Under the pieces are notes generated by a model, which saw only the letters and a list, made by a program, of their open reading frames with translations, searched no databases and was not told the DNA's origin. The translations under genes and the position numbers were made by a program. Positions 41,127 through 58,178 of a stretch of DNA of 64,000 bases are shown one piece after another (the first letter of the stretch is position 1; each line of letters starts with the position of its first letter). The DNA comes from Eledone cirrhosa (taxonomy: Eukaryota): contig OZ024745.1 in NCBI GenBank assembly GCA_964016885.1, positions 36,828,001-36,892,000 of the forward strand. Direction: 5' to 3'.

Positions 41127-41520
41127 GTGTGAATATGTGTGTGTGTGAGTGTATGTGTAAACACAGAGTGAGGTATAGATGAACAAATGTAAACGTGTAT
41201 GTGTGTGAATGCGTGGATGTCTACTACACACAAAATCACACATATAATCTCTATGATCAATTTAACTAGTTTATCATTTCCTTCCATTCTATTTCACAAA
41301 CGATTTTCAGTTTTACAAGTTCTATGTATTTCCTAACATACAATGACCATTCACCACCACCACTCTCTCTCTCCCTCTCTCTCTCTCCCACTCTCTTCCT
41401 CTCTCTCTCCCTCTCTCCTTCACTTATATACATAGAAACATAGCTACATATAGACATACACAAACGTATATATATGATATATACATATATATATTTATAT
41501 AGAGATAAATATATAGTTAT

Positions 41521-41592
<72 letters not shown>

Positions 41593-41935
41593 AGCTTCCT
41601 CTCCCTTCATATAATCGGTATCAGATTTTTTTCATCAGATTGAGAAAAAAATGATAGTAAATGACAGAATCATTCTTATTCTAAGATTACTTACAGTGAC
41701 AATACTCATAGAGAGATATAATACATACATACATATATACATACATATACACGCACACATATACACATACATATATATATATGTGTGTGTACATGATTGT
41801 ATATGTATGTATGTATCTTTGTATATAGGTAGGTAGGTGGGTAGGTAGGTAGGTATGCATATATAATTTGCTTCAGTACAGTCAATCTATAGTCTGATAA
41901 GCTCTTTCATTGATAGCATCTAAATAGACATACAC

Positions 41936-42035
<100 letters not shown>

Positions 42036-42359
42036 GTACGTACTAGCGTACACATATACACACATACATGCATACATAGAAGCATACGCACACAGACAAA
42101 TGGTTGCACACAGAAACTCATAAGCTTGCCTATACGTACAGAGCTAGATACATGCACACATAGACGAACGCCTCCACACATTAACATTTGTAAAAATATA
42201 ATAGTCGCATAAGAGGCGCGAAGTATCCATTTCTAAAATACAAGACTACACAATTATTGAAGCTGGAGAATTTATAATCTGGCAAGCAATAACATTTTTA
42301 CATTCACACAAATACACACTAACACGCGCATACGTTCACTCATACACACACAGATACAT

Positions 42360-44060
<1,701 letters not shown>

Positions 44061-44075
44061 TGATAGATAGATATG

Positions 44076-44142
44076 TTTCTTTATTAGCCACAGGGGCACA
44101 AAAGAAGGGGACAAATACAAAGGGGGAAGTTTACATACAATA
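44076..44142 (-). mobile_element. Tx1/L1 3'-end stub
   Basis: Matches 34297-34362; GATA units on both sides. Confidence 0.85.
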
Positions 44143-44563
44143 GATAGATAGTTAGGTAGATGTTTATAGATATATATATCTAAGCGTGTTGCTGTGTGTG
44201 TGTATGTTTGTAATTTGATGTATGTATATTTAAGAACTCGTTATGTTCCCGAGTATAAATCTACACCTCTGTATTATATAAAGACATACACACATGTATG
44301 GGCATAATATACACTTTTACATATATTGATGTATGAACGAATGTTATAAGCGATAATACATACATTAACGTATGGCTATATTTATTATAAAAATTCATAT
44401 ATACATTATTGTAAGTGTGGTGCAAAAACTCATACACGCATTAAATTACGCCTGTGCTGATGATAAACATTTAATGTATTTATGCATATTTTAAACACCC
44501 ATACGCGTATTAATTTGTACGTATACGCACGCACACGCACATAAATATTCAGACACACACATG

Positions 44564-44595
<32 letters not shown>

Positions 44596-44644
44596 TAAGT
44601 TTTCTCATTATTCTTCATATATTTTTTTATATTTATATATATAT

Positions 44645-44681
<37 letters not shown>

Positions 44682-45203
44682 GAGATAGGCATAACACATC
44701 ATACTGATATCAATGCTTATATGAAAGTGTTACAACACATCTTCGCTTCAAATGTATATATTTAATGTTTACTCTGACAGTAAATAGCAGTTTAGTAAAA
44801 TTATAGATTGTGTGTGGAAAGATAAAATAATCAAAATATTTGATATAGCAAACAATGCGATAATATCTCAATATACGGATACTTAGGGTTTTTTCTACTT
44901 ATCTACCTGAACGCGAGCGTACATACACCTGCACATATTGATGACACAGAAACACGAGCATGCACTTTGGTTATAATCTAACATATCGAGCAATCAAATT
45001 ACATATATTCATGCAGATTCTATCTTTACCTAATTCATACAGAGCTCTGTTTCTAACACATCTCTCTTTGTAACGCGATAGTAATTTTTTTTCTTATTGA
45101 ACTATACGGATATTTGATCTCAAACTCCATCGCATTGCATAAAAATTACTGAATTTTCTCATTCATGTTAGATACATATATACATACATAGACACACATA
45201 CAC

Positions 45204-45255
<52 letters not shown>

Positions 45256-45633
45256 CCATATAGACTACATTTCTAGTTTTGAAATTTATCTGCCAGCTTA
45301 CCTTACAGACTATATAGTTTCTATTCGTGCAAGAAGTTTTCCTAAAGGAGTATGTCCTATTTTATGGGAGCTCCTGGTATTTATACTACATTACTCCTTA
45401 GGTTCATTTTGTCTAATGCTTCTCTAATACGATACGCTAGTTCACCTCTATGAGTAGCTTCGAAGAACATGACAATCTGTTATGTTTGGTTAGCATACCA
45501 TCAGTTCGCTTTCCCTATTTTCTTCTTAGTCGTTTCTATACTATGCCATGATTTTCTCCTGTACAGCGAGCAAATTCCATTCGCACCATCCTCCATAATG
45601 GTTTTGAATTTAACCATGACTCCTATATACGTA

Positions 45634-45966
45634 AAGGTGCGTGGCTTAGTGCTTAGAGATTTGGACTCGCTATCGGCAGTTTGTGAGTTTGAATCCCGGT
45701 CAGGGTGGTGCCTTGTGTCCTTGAACAAAACTCTTTATTTCGTGTTGCTTCAGTTCACTCAGCAGAAGAAATGAGTTGCGATGTCAATGGTGCCAAGCTC
45801 CATCGGCCTTTGGAGATCATTGGTGGCGTGGAGCGAGGAGAATGGTATGTAGGGGTGACTGCTGGACTTCCACAAAAACACCGTGCTCGGACTTGTGCCT
45901 CGGAGGGAAACTTTGTAGATGCAAGTCCCATGTCCATTCGTGACCGAAAGGGTTCTTTACCCAAAA
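45634..45966 (+). mobile_element. tRNA-derived CORE-type SINE
   Basis: GCGTGGCTTAGTGCTTAG A-box, GTTTGAATCC B-box, TGTGTCCTTGAACAAAACTCTTTA core. Confidence 0.75.
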
Positions 45967-45971
45967 CATAA

Positions 45972-46028
<57 letters not shown>

Positions 46029-46257
46029 TATATTATATATATATATAGAGAGAGAGAGAGATATATACTTGTGTATGAGAATATGCCTTTTTTATATATC
46101 TATCTTAATTAGCTAATAATATCCAAAATTAGTACGTCCATTTTAGGATGCTACTATTTGTGATAGAGCATATAAGTCCCCTAGATTACGTACTTACTTG
46201 TGGTACTTTATAGTCTTGGTTACTACTATACTCGATATATGCAGATATAACTTTATA

Positions 46258-46326
<69 letters not shown>

Positions 46327-46911
46327 TTTAGATTCAAAAATTACAGGCACGGATTCAGATACATGCCACTTTTCTCTTAGAAAATACACTCTGCTCATTC
46401 AGTTAATGTTTGAATGTGTTATGTACATTGGTGTTGTATTTTAAACAACCACTTTAATAATAAATAATTAATACTTTATTATTTCATAGTTATTAATTAT
46501 TTAAAAACGCTTTAAAAAGTTGAATATCTGAAAGTTAAAAGTTCTAACATCTATAATACAAGTTATAATTCTCAAGTAGGGGTTTCTTTTAAGCGGGAAA
46601 AGGAATTTCACTTCCGTTAAGTATTTTCTAAGCACAAAAACACAATTGGGGGAATGTTTTCCCAATGGTCAAAGGAAAATAGCTAGAAACATTTATAGGA
46701 ATATGTCCCTTAATATTTCGAAAGCTTGATTTTATGTTTAGGCAATTCTAGAACTGTTCTAATGAAGAAATTAGTCTTAAAGATGATAATGGTTGTATAT
46801 TCAGGACCATTTGGGTAGGAATAAAAAAGTTAGAAAAAGAAAGGAAAGAAACAGGAAAAAAAACATATTCGAAAATGTTATACTTATGCACTTTAAAGTG
46901 TCACTGTAATA

Positions 46912-47103
46912 CGATGGTAGGCTGAAAAGTTCATAGGCTGGCTATGAAAGAGTGATGCTAGGACTGTGAAATATTGCATGCATTAATTTCAACTCTTATT
47001 AAAACTGCGTTGTTTTTTCCAGGAACTATGTTGAAAAATAAACCTCATTCGGTCATTCCATGAGAGTATCTTGGTCAGCCAATGTATTTTCAACAGATCC
47101 TCG
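46912..47103. mobile_element. Mariner-type MITE
   Basis: Imperfect TIRs CGATGGTAGGCTGAAAAGTTCATAGGCTG / CAGCCAATGTATTTTCAACAGATCCTCG with TA on both sides. Confidence 0.78.
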
Positions 47104-47716
47104 TATTAAAACACCTTCTTTCTAATTTGATTAATTTCTAAGTAGCTTATGCAGAGTTTATGAAGAGCCAGAGGCACTTGAAAAATAATATGCTTTGAGA
47201 TGCTTCTATTTTATCTTATTTTTCATTTTTATTGGTTTAATTCCATATATTGATATCTAGCTACTTATTACTATGCTAGCGCTGCGCGCTTCTTCCTTAA
47301 TAAACTAACTGTTTAATTACAAGCGCATCAACTTTCCTTCTCTCACTCATTATCACTTTCTCCCCTTTGTTGACGAAAGTCTCCATATATTTCTCTCTTT
47401 GTTGCGTTACCATTTATAAAAATGCCTATACCATGTTCTGTCATGTTTCCTGTCGTAACAATTTCTATTCGTATTTGCCTACGTACTCACTTTGCTGTTC
47501 CATTTGAAAGATACTCCCTTGTTCTTCCGTTCATGGCACTGTGTTGTTTCATATGCATCTTTCCTTTTACAAGCCGTTGTGCAACCTAATCTCAATAATC
47601 TGCAATATCATACTTATGCACGAAATTGTATTGCCCAAGTAATGGCTGGCGAGGAAATTATAGGCTTTTGTTCGTTCGCCCCTTATGTTTGCTCGTTTTT
47701 TCAAGTGCAACTTTAC

Positions 47717-47794
<78 letters not shown>

Positions 47795-48319
47795 CATGTA
47801 TGTGTGTGTGTGCGTGTGCGTTTGTGTGTGTGTGTGTGTCCGTGCTCTATAGTTTCCATGGGTGTTACAATTCCTCACATCTACAAAGACACCCTAATAC
47901 CAAGTAAAGCTGAAGTAAGTACCCGATTGGCTGAATTCCTATGAGGGAAAGAAAAGACAGAAAGAGAGAAAGGGGAAAAGAACAGAAAGGCGAGTGAGAA
48001 TAAACGAAGAAAGAGTAAAAGAAAAAGAAAATTCATTGAAGGATATAGAGAAGAGAGCCAAGTGAAGAGAAGAAAAGAAAAGAGAAAAAGGCACCACAAG
48101 AAAATATAATATAAGAAAATATAATCAAACCCACACCTATCTGATTATCGATCTGCCAAAAACGAAATTCCATATAATTTTTCTACACACCGACCCAGAT
48201 TATCAAATAACTATATTTTTTTTTAGTGATTGTTTTGTGTTGGTCACATTTTTCTTTTTCGTTTTTATTTTTGTTCCCTGTCTTCTCACTCTTCCCCTCA
48301 CCCCTCTCTGTGTCCTTAT

Positions 48320-48403
<84 letters not shown>

Positions 48404-48702
48404 GTCTATCTATCTCTATCTATATCTCTCTTTCTCTCACTCTTTTCCCTTCCACCTCTTCACAGGAATCTAGTCAATCGGCTTCCTAGATTGACATGAC
48501 ATTATGTCGTCTCTGTATCTCCAACAGTTTAAAATTGTCTGAGGAACCTGTTGCAGTGCGAGGAAACATCAGATCGTTAAAAACTCATTGTATTAGCCAT
48601 AATAAAGTTTATATATAGAGAGAGAGATAGAGAGAGTCTGCGGTGCTGAGAACGGGGAGGTCACTCATCATGGGACTACTCAATGCATGGGGAGATGCAG
48701 AG

Positions 48703-48788
<86 letters not shown>

Positions 48789-49036
48789 CTGTGTGTGTGC
48801 GCGCGCGTCAACACATTCCCGATGATTTTTCATATTAAAGAAATAGTTCTAGTCGTGTAGAAGTCCTTTCTATATAAAATAAAGATCCCTATACTCAAGC
48901 AATGTATGGAGTACCTTTTTTAACTACTGGGGTCATTTCCCGACAGTAATTATATATATATATATATATATAAAGGTAGAACACTGAAAGGTAATATCCG
49001 TAGTAGTAGAGCACTCAGCCCATGGGACGAGTTTGG

Positions 49037-49180
49037 TAGAAGTAGTAATACAATAGTTAGTTCATCATACCGAGAACAATTGCTTCACGTTATGCGGATC
49101 TTCAGCTCGAGCTGAAGATCCGCATAACGTGAAACAATTGTTCTCAGTATGAGGAACGAATTGTTGTGTTACTACTTCTA
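49037..49180. repeat. Spacerless palindrome of two back-to-back hammerhead-like motifs
   Basis: Centre 49108/49109; 25-bp perfect inner arms; each arm reads CTGAAGA-tccgcataacgt-GAA(A/G)-caattg-TTC outward. Confidence 0.85.
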
Positions 49181-49637
49181 TATATATATTGTAAAGGTTA
49201 ATGCCTGATAGCTGAGCTCTTGCCGTTTCGACGGCTAGTAGATAATTAAACTATTATATCCCATCTCTCTCTATGTATGTATGTATATATATATACATAT
49301 ATATATATAATATTTGAGCGTATGTGTAATATATAGCATCCTCTATATATGTGTGTATGTATGTATGTATGCATGTATGTATGTTTGTTTGTTTGTATGA
49401 AAGTGTGTATGTATGCATGTGTGTATGTATGTGTGTGTATGTACGTATGTATGTATGTATTTATATGCATTTGTCAGCTGAAAGCTCACTTAATTAACTA
49501 AGGTAAGTATTAGTTTGAACCAATGACAGAAGGTCATGTGCAAGAAAATAATAACTTGTGGAAGAGAAACATATGCCATAAAAATTCGGTTAGCTATGTA
49601 GATAGATAGATAGATAGATAGAGAGAGAGAGGGGGGG

Positions 49638-49682
<45 letters not shown>

Positions 49683-50333
49683 GTATATCTGTATGTGTGA
49701 ATGTAATTATGTGTGTATATGTATATATGTAGGTAGGTAGGTAGGTAGGTAGGAACGACTGGAGTTTTTGCATTTACTAGAAAACAGCTAGCATGAGAGG
49801 GAATGGAATGGGCGTGAGATTGGTATAAAGAGGAAGTTAGTGACGTAAACTAGAAGGAGAAAGTGTGATGTGATATGGTTATAGAGTGGAAGGAATAAAA
49901 TAATAAAAAGTTAGAAAGATAAAAAGTAATAGACTGGCTGGTAATAAAAAGAAATAATGGATAAAATATAAAGAAACGGTCAAAATAATACAAAATAGAT
50001 ATAAGGATGACAATTTTGATAGGATATTGGAAATAAGGTATATTTAGGTACTGGACATTTTAACCGAAGAACTCCTGGGCATATTTTGTGTTGTTTTGTT
50101 ATGGGTTTCTTTCCTCCTTTTATTTGTTCGTCTCTCTTTTAGTGGAATGTCATATAAGCATGTTTCTGAACACATTCATCGTGTAATATGTCGAGCTATT
50201 TAGATTGATGTGCACAAAAGAGTGTAGTGATATCTCACAAGTAGAGACACATATGCCATGCACATAGCAAACCCTCCATACACACACACATTCATACATG
50301 CATATCGATATCAATCTGTCTCTCTCTCTCTCC

Positions 50334-50392
<59 letters not shown>

Positions 50393-50433
50393 CGAAACAT
50401 AAGTCAATTGCATGAACTCATAATCCTTTATTT

Positions 50434-50489
50434 ACTGCTATATATATTTCGATGATAGCCATTGAATGGCTATGACCTCATCAGGCAGT
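50434..50489 (-). ncRNA. Canonical-core type I hammerhead ribozyme motif
   Basis: actgc-CTGATGA-ggtc-atagccat-tca-atggctat-catc-GAAA-tatata-TA-gcagt; all core residues intact. Confidence 0.82.
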
Positions 50490-50694
50490 TAGACAGCTCT
50501 TAGATATGCCAGCTCTGTGTTTATAGTGTTGATGGTATCAGAGCCTTGGGACATATGAGCTTGTTAGGAATAATTTAATGTTGTCAGCAGGAACAGTCTT
50601 GATTCTCATTGGTCAGTTTGTAGATGGTAGTAGGGTTGGTATTTGACCTTATATATATATTCTTCTCTCAGAGGCTTAGGTCACAATAGCAGTC

Positions 50695-50862
<168 letters not shown>

Positions 50863-50882
50863 GACTGCTATTGTGACCTCAG

Positions 50883-50979
<97 letters not shown>

Positions 50980-51822
50980 AGTGTCTGTATATATTTATAT
51001 TTGTATAGCTATGTGTGTGCGTGTTTCTTTTTCTATATATGTTAATATCACATGGATGTATTGAAAGTACCGTATCATGGTGTAACAGATACACTATTCC
51101 TTGTTTTTTTGTTGTTATATGTTCGTATGTTACAAATATATTAAAAATCTATTTTCTTTTATATATTTTAGCTTATTGTGGAGTAGAGGAACTAACGTTT
51201 ATAATATCAAGTTGGACATGTATATATGAGCATACCATTTATATTTTGTTGTTTACCAATAGGTTGAACTGATCATTTCGATTAGTAAATCATGATGTAA
51301 TACATTAAAGCATGCGACGTTATGCAAATCTTCCATCGTAGATGTGGTATCCTGTGACTGCTGCAGTAACGGACTTTAGAAATAGCAGAAGGCAAGACTG
51401 GAAATATTCTTGTAAAGTTTTAATGCTGCAAAAACACTATACATATTTCAATAGCCTAGTTACATCCTCCAATCATGAGGTGAAACATTGGCGATTGCAA
51501 AATTAGTTAATTTATAACATGCTTACGGTAAACACAATCAGAATATAGAATAAATTTGATTGTGTGTTATTTTTGTGGCAAGCCATCTCCAAATGGAGGG
51601 GGGGGGGGGGGGTCTCTGTATCAAATCTACTTTCTATTCTCTATTTGTGTTTACCGTAATCCCGTTACCAATGAACTAATTTTGCAATCCACACATGATA
51701 AAATCACCAAAGTCTTATTTCATTATTGGATGATAAAAGTAGACTATTGAAATACGTATAGTGTTTTTGCAAAATATAAATGTTAAAAGGATATTTCCAG
51801 TCCGGCCTTCTTTTGTTCTGTT

Positions 51823-51876
<54 letters not shown>

Positions 51877-52570
51877 TTGGTTCCTTTACCGGTTTCGCAG
51901 TTCTTTTGCTTTTCAAAAGTAGAGTTGAGATGGAGGGTATGTAGTTTTTCTCACATCTGGTTGGTCTTTGAATAAGAAATTCAAACAAACTGGCGCGAAA
52001 GCTGATGTGCTTATTCACCTGACTGCATCAACCAACCAAACTTCACTCATATATGAAAACACAACCAAATAATTATATATATATTTTTTTAAATAAGACT
52101 CCAGTTGTATTTTCGATTTCTTCTTTTTTTCTTTATACTTTCACTCGTGTAGGACACCTCGGTTATTTTTCATTTTGTAAAAAAACCTCACTTTCTAATA
52201 TATATATACACATATATACACACATACATACACACATACATACATGCATGCATACATGCATACATATATATATATATTTATATATATATATATATATATA
52301 ATTATGATATAGAGTTAGAAACACACAATATATCCCCTATGATCAAGGGAGCTCAAGGAAGAAAGACCGAGCTCATTATAAATCGCAGCAATGAGAGAAG
52401 GCACATAAATCATTTCAGAAAATAGGGGATAGAATTCTACCCTGGTAAAGCTCATAACTACGGATGAAGCGGTAAATACAAATTAATAAAATAATCAAAG
52501 TGTACATACCTCCACTATAACGATATACCCCTGTTATCTGACATAATTTATTAGGTGCCTTCTCTCATTG

Positions 52571-52632
<62 letters not shown>

Positions 52633-52637
52633 CATAC

Positions 52638-52671
<34 letters not shown>

Positions 52672-53634
52672 ATACATATATATATATATGTGTGTGTTTG
52701 TGTTTGTGTATATGTGTGTATGTGTAAGCGTGTATATATATGTGTGTGTGTGTCTTTGCCTGTGTTTATGTCTCGTAACTTGATAGGTGAAAAATGATAG
52801 GTGAAATGAATTCTAGTTTTTAAAATATTAATATATTCAACTAAAATCACTTCAAGATTGCGCACCAGCTTGGCCGTAGTCTAGTGTCTGATGTCAGTAA
52901 AATAGTAAAAGAATAATAGTCGAAAGTTTATACGCAGTTTGATTGGTTGTTGGAAATCGATAGTGTTAGAGTTAGTAAAATATATTTATAGAGAACTTAG
53001 CGGCAGAATTATATAGGATAGAGCGAAAGGAAAAGCGATAGAAAGAAAACGAGAGATAGAGAGAAAATGAAAAATAAGCAGATGAGGTATATGAAGGGGT
53101 GGTTATTGGAGTTGTAGTAAAAAAGAATAACTGAAGAAATTTGAAAACTAAAATATCTATAAATGTAAAACGACTTTATATCGATGATCTATATGATTGG
53201 AAGATGAAAAGAGAACAGGTGAAAAGGGTTTAGAATGAAAAGTAAAGGAAGTGTTTATTTTCGTGTTTTTTTTTATTGTACAATATGTTGCTTAATAGAT
53301 GGCTTATATAACAGTTTGTTAACAAAATGAGAGAGAAGAATAAAGAAATGGTGAGATGAGGAAGGAATCAGTCACAGTAATGTTATAAAAGATAGTGTGA
53401 TGTAACAATGTAAAAAATGATTGTAAAGTATTAAATACGATGGTGTGAATTAATTATAAGCAGTGATGAAAACGTATAAATCGTATATAACAATTGAACG
53501 ACATGGAGAGTTACACTGGTTACTTTTTCATATAAAATATAAAATTCATTGATGGAATAGATTATAGTTCTTCAAAGAATAAGAATGCCTGTGTCAGCAG
53601 ATTTAAATAAGTTCAAAATTAATGTTCAGTGCAT

Positions 53635-54120
53635 TCTTAGATTCTTCTGAGCCGTTCGGCGCATCGAGCAGTAAGTACTCCCCAACGGTCACGATCAACG
53701 GCAACTTTTTAGAGACCGTGCCACGTGATGTTGGAACGTTCGTCGCCAGGTGATCCTTGGGCAACCCCGCCTCCGTTTACCGAATGCCGTTCATTTGGCA
53801 GACGCAGAATATAGCCAGCCAGACGGCACCGACGCTCCGTGACCACTCTCTGTAGCGTCCACGACTCGGCTCTCCGCAGGATCTCCTCGTTTCGCACTCG
53901 GTCACGCCAGGACACACGAAGGATCTTTACAGGCACCGCTGGTAGAAAGCGTTCAGTCGTCTCTCTATTTTTGCCGTACTCTTCCAGGTCCCGCTCGCAT
54001 AAAGCACTGTCGGCAGCATAATGCTCTTATACCGGCGGAGCTTGGTCTTGGTGCTAATGCATGAAGACGACCAGACTGAGCACAGCGGCTGGAAAACTGC
54101 GGCTTCTTTTCCGAACCGAC
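53635..54120 (-). mobile_element. RTE-clade LINE 3' fragment
   Basis: KILRVSWRDRVRNEEILRRA..RRCRLAGYILRL; short AAGAATCT-type tail. Confidence 0.8.
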
Positions 54121-54507
54121 AATTGTTCAGTGCATTACCTAGCTGGAATAATATTTCACATTTTTCAGAGATGCATAAATTTGAAAATTTAGCTGCAAAG
54201 TTTAACGCAATTCAAAATATTCCATTTGTTATGAATTATGTATTTATCTTTGAAAATCCAAATATAATTTGACAAAATAATGTTTGTATGACTAGCTGAA
54301 AATTTTATATCATTCCAGGACCAGGCTTTTAATTATCTTTAGTGGAGGTCATTCTATTCCGAGCATTACAACCAGACCTTTGGTTTGAGGATAACATCGT
54401 CAAACCAATCAGAGACAGTAAAAAGGCAATTGATGTTGTCCTTCGTCCTCAGATTATACCATAAGAAAAATTAATATTCCTTTACACTAACATACATTCA
54501 TTATTTT

Positions 54508-54692
54508 GGATTGGCAGTATCCGTAGAGGGTCGGACGCCATGCTTTGACGCATAGAGTTACGTCCCTTTCCATTCTGAGTTCAAATCCCGCCGAGGTTAA
54601 CTTTGCCTTTCATCCTTACGGGGTCGATAAAATAAAGTACCAGTAATGCACTGGGTAATTGCTGGCCTTGTACCAAAAGAAGAAACAATTAT
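54508..54692 (+). mobile_element. Same tRNA-derived SINE family
   Basis: Head, B-box, core and tail present. Confidence 0.85.
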
Positions 54693-54849
54693 TTTATTGA
54701 GTCACTGCATTACAGAGTTCATCGACGTATACCTCGGGTATGAGCAATGTTGGTTTTGGTGGTCGTTATTATTATTACATTAAGAGTACTCTTCGTAATA
54801 TGTAAGCAGTGCTTTGTGGTGTTATTTTCTGTATGCTGTATATATTTGT

Positions 54850-55050
54850 CGAACGACATGCTTTGTGGCATTGAGTTAAGGCCATTTACGTTCTGAGTTC
54901 AAATCGTGCCGTGGTTAGCCTTGCCTTTCATCCTTACGGGGTCAATAAATAAAGCACCAGTAATGCACTGGGGTCGATTTAATCGACTTTCCCCTACCCT
55001 TCAAATTGCTGGCCTCGTGCCTAAAGTAGAAACAATTATTATTATTATTA
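54850..55050 (+). mobile_element. Same SINE family, longer variant
   Basis: Core plus an extra GGTCGATTTAATCGAC hairpin segment before the tail. Confidence 0.8.
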
Positions 55051-55715
55051 TTTATTTATGTATTTATTTATTTAAAGCATACTTAATGTCTTGAATAATT
55101 TTTCTCCTGTTTTTATACTCAAAAGTACATCTGTCTCTCATTCTCTTACTCTCCCCTTTCTCTTTCTCTTTAATTTCATATGTCCAAAAAAGGATGTATG
55201 TCACAACAATACCCCTACGATTCCACCAGTAGTTAAGTGCTCAAGGGCAGGCATAGGGAAAATTCCTAATCCAGATAATGTTCAGTAATCTTTACCGCAT
55301 GTATGAAAAGGATGTACCATTAATGATCTGCACAGAATAAGTTCTTGACAGATCTACGAATGCAAATACATGGACATATCATCAATATTTTATCCTGGAA
55401 TGAAATCATTGGATGTTTCCGGCCAATATCCAAGTGGCATTTTACTGACTTCACTGGTCAATTATTTTCAATCAGAGCCAACGAGTTGTTCACTCTGATG
55501 CTTCCACGTTGTTCTTGGTGGCGCTTCTCCTGTCCACCCTTTTAATGTCCAGTATATCCATTGTTCTTTTACAGTTTTTGACTGAGACCATGCTGTGGTA
55601 TTGCCTCTAAGGGTCTTAGTCATTCATATTAAAGCTTGCTATTTATTTCAGCCCGGCACTTTAATTTATCGATCTACATTTATCGAATGGATTTTTTATA
55701 CAACAGTTTTTGCAA

Positions 55716-55803
<88 letters not shown>

Positions 55804-55860
55804 CTCTCTCGCTCTCTCTCTATCTATCTATCTATCTCTCTATCTATCTATCTATCTATC

Positions 55861-55892
<32 letters not shown>

Positions 55893-57806
55893 CCTCTATC
55901 TACCTATCTATCTATCTATCTATCTCTCTCTCTATATATATATATATCACTCTCTCTCTCCCTCTCCCTCTCCCTCTATCTATCTCTTTCTCTATCTATC
56001 TCTCTATCTATCTGGCTATCTCTCTCTATCTCTCTCTACCTCTCTCTATCTCTCTATCTCTCTCACACGCACACACTTACACTCAATAGATAAGGTAAAC
56101 CATCGGGCAATAAGCCGAATGATCTGCGATGATATTGTTTAATAGATATGTAGGCACGTAGGTAGGTAGATGTGTTTATATATATATATATGTGTTTATA
56201 TATATATATATTAAAAGACCATGTGACCTCTGCGCCGCTGAGGCCCTGGAAATACTCTACGCCACAGACCACATCTTAAACAAAAAATCTGAGGCAATTT
56301 CGGCTTGTAAACATAAATTGCACAAAACTTTCCTGTATTACAGCCCCACGTTATACCCTAACGGATAGCACTATCTATACGTGGATATTTTACGTCTTGA
56401 TGTGGGAGCTAAGTATATGTTTTGTTTATTCCTTTACTTATTTGCATAGGTAAGTATATATTACCCGTATGTTTTGTGAAGGTATGTATACTTTCTCGTA
56501 CGTATATTTGACTGTTATGGCGTATAATTTTTACATAGTCTGGTATTTAGGGTTTGGCTATGTGTATACGGGAGTTTCGCGTCTGCGTGAGTATGCAGGT
56601 TCGTACGTATGGTGGGTGTGTGTATATGTGTACTTCTTGTTTTAGTTGACTTACGTCTCCGATCATTCGTGTATTTATATGTAGGTATGCGTGTGCGCTT
56701 GTTATATACGTATTTATTTACTTATATACATTGATATAATTATTTATTTATTTGTACACAAGCATACACACACACACACATATTTATATGTGTGTGGTTT
56801 TGTATGCCTATGGTAAGGTTTTGCGTATGCTTGTGTATGTACGTATCTGTTTGCATGTATGTATTTATTTGTTTCTATTACTTCTGTATTGTATTTATTT
56901 ACTTTGTTCTTAACTCTGTAGCGGAGATTAATTTTAGTCTACGACTTCTGCTATACCATTTACGTGGTTTTGTCTTTGCGTGCTATTGTTCTCCACGCTC
57001 CACATACGACTTATTATCTTCGTTTTTTCGTTCATTGCCAGAGAACGTCTCTATGCACCACCTAAGAGAACATTAGTCTACGACCTCTTTTATACCATAA
57101 ACGTGGTTCTGTCTTTGCGCGTAATTGTTTTTCACCGCTCCTATTAATGACGTATTATTCGTTTTTTCCCGCGAACGTTACCACGAACCAAAGTATCGTC
57201 TTCCTGTCTTCCTCCGGTTGCAACGTTTTTTGAAATATCCAGTTCTGCGTTTACAGATTGACTTTGTCAGTTTCAGAAGATCCCGTTAAGGGTGAAAGCA
57301 GCGATTCGTTGCTTAAACTTTAATCTGTTATTTTAATAAATAATAAATATATATATATAAACATAAAAACGAACATACTACAGTGAGTGCCATACAGAAA
57401 AGAAGACCATGAACATTTAGGTTCACATCACTTTTTCAACAGCACTGAAATAGACATAGAGGGCGAAAATGGCACAAACACTTTAGAAATTAATACTATC
57501 ATTGGATGACAAATATGGAAATCCCAGATGAAAAGAGAGACATGCTTGCCTCCAAACGTTCAATTAATAAATCAATATAACACTTCGATCCAATTGATTA
57601 TTTCTTTGGCATAGAAAATCAATTATTCAAGATAAAAAAAAACGATGATCTTTTTTCATTGGTGACAACATGTTAGGCGTAAAAGAAAACCATATTTTAA
57701 TGGCAAAGAAAGATTTTTTAAGAAAATAAATAATGATGGGAAGAATACGTCATAAAATATGAGATATATACATATGTATGTGCACATATAGATATAGATA
57801 GATATA

Positions 57807-58002
57807 TTTCTTTATTTGCCACAAGGGCGCACAGGAAAAGAGGACAATACAAGGACACATGCCGGGGATTTTACATACAGTCGTGTAAAAATATTGAAAC
57901 AAACAATTATAACAATTGAAATCCCCAATAGGGGGGAGACTCCACATCTGGGTTGTTTAATACCCCTTCGATAGAACAACCCTCAACTTCAGGAGCGTGT
58001 TG
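57807..58002 (-). mobile_element. Tx1/L1 3'UTR fragment
   Basis: Matches 39859-40050; GATA units on both sides; an additional 15-nt stub at 58049-58063. Confidence 0.88.
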
Positions 58003-58178
58003 TTATAGATAGATAGATAAATAGATAGATAGATATATAATAGATATATTTCTTTATTTGCCAGATAGATACATACATACACACGTACATACATACATAC
58101 ATACATACATACATACATACATACATACATACATACATACATACATACATACATACATACATACATACATACATACAT

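Noticed and set aside
48539-48580. CTGAGGA..GAAA spacing resembling a hammerhead
   Set aside because: No stem I complementarity and poor stem III; likely chance
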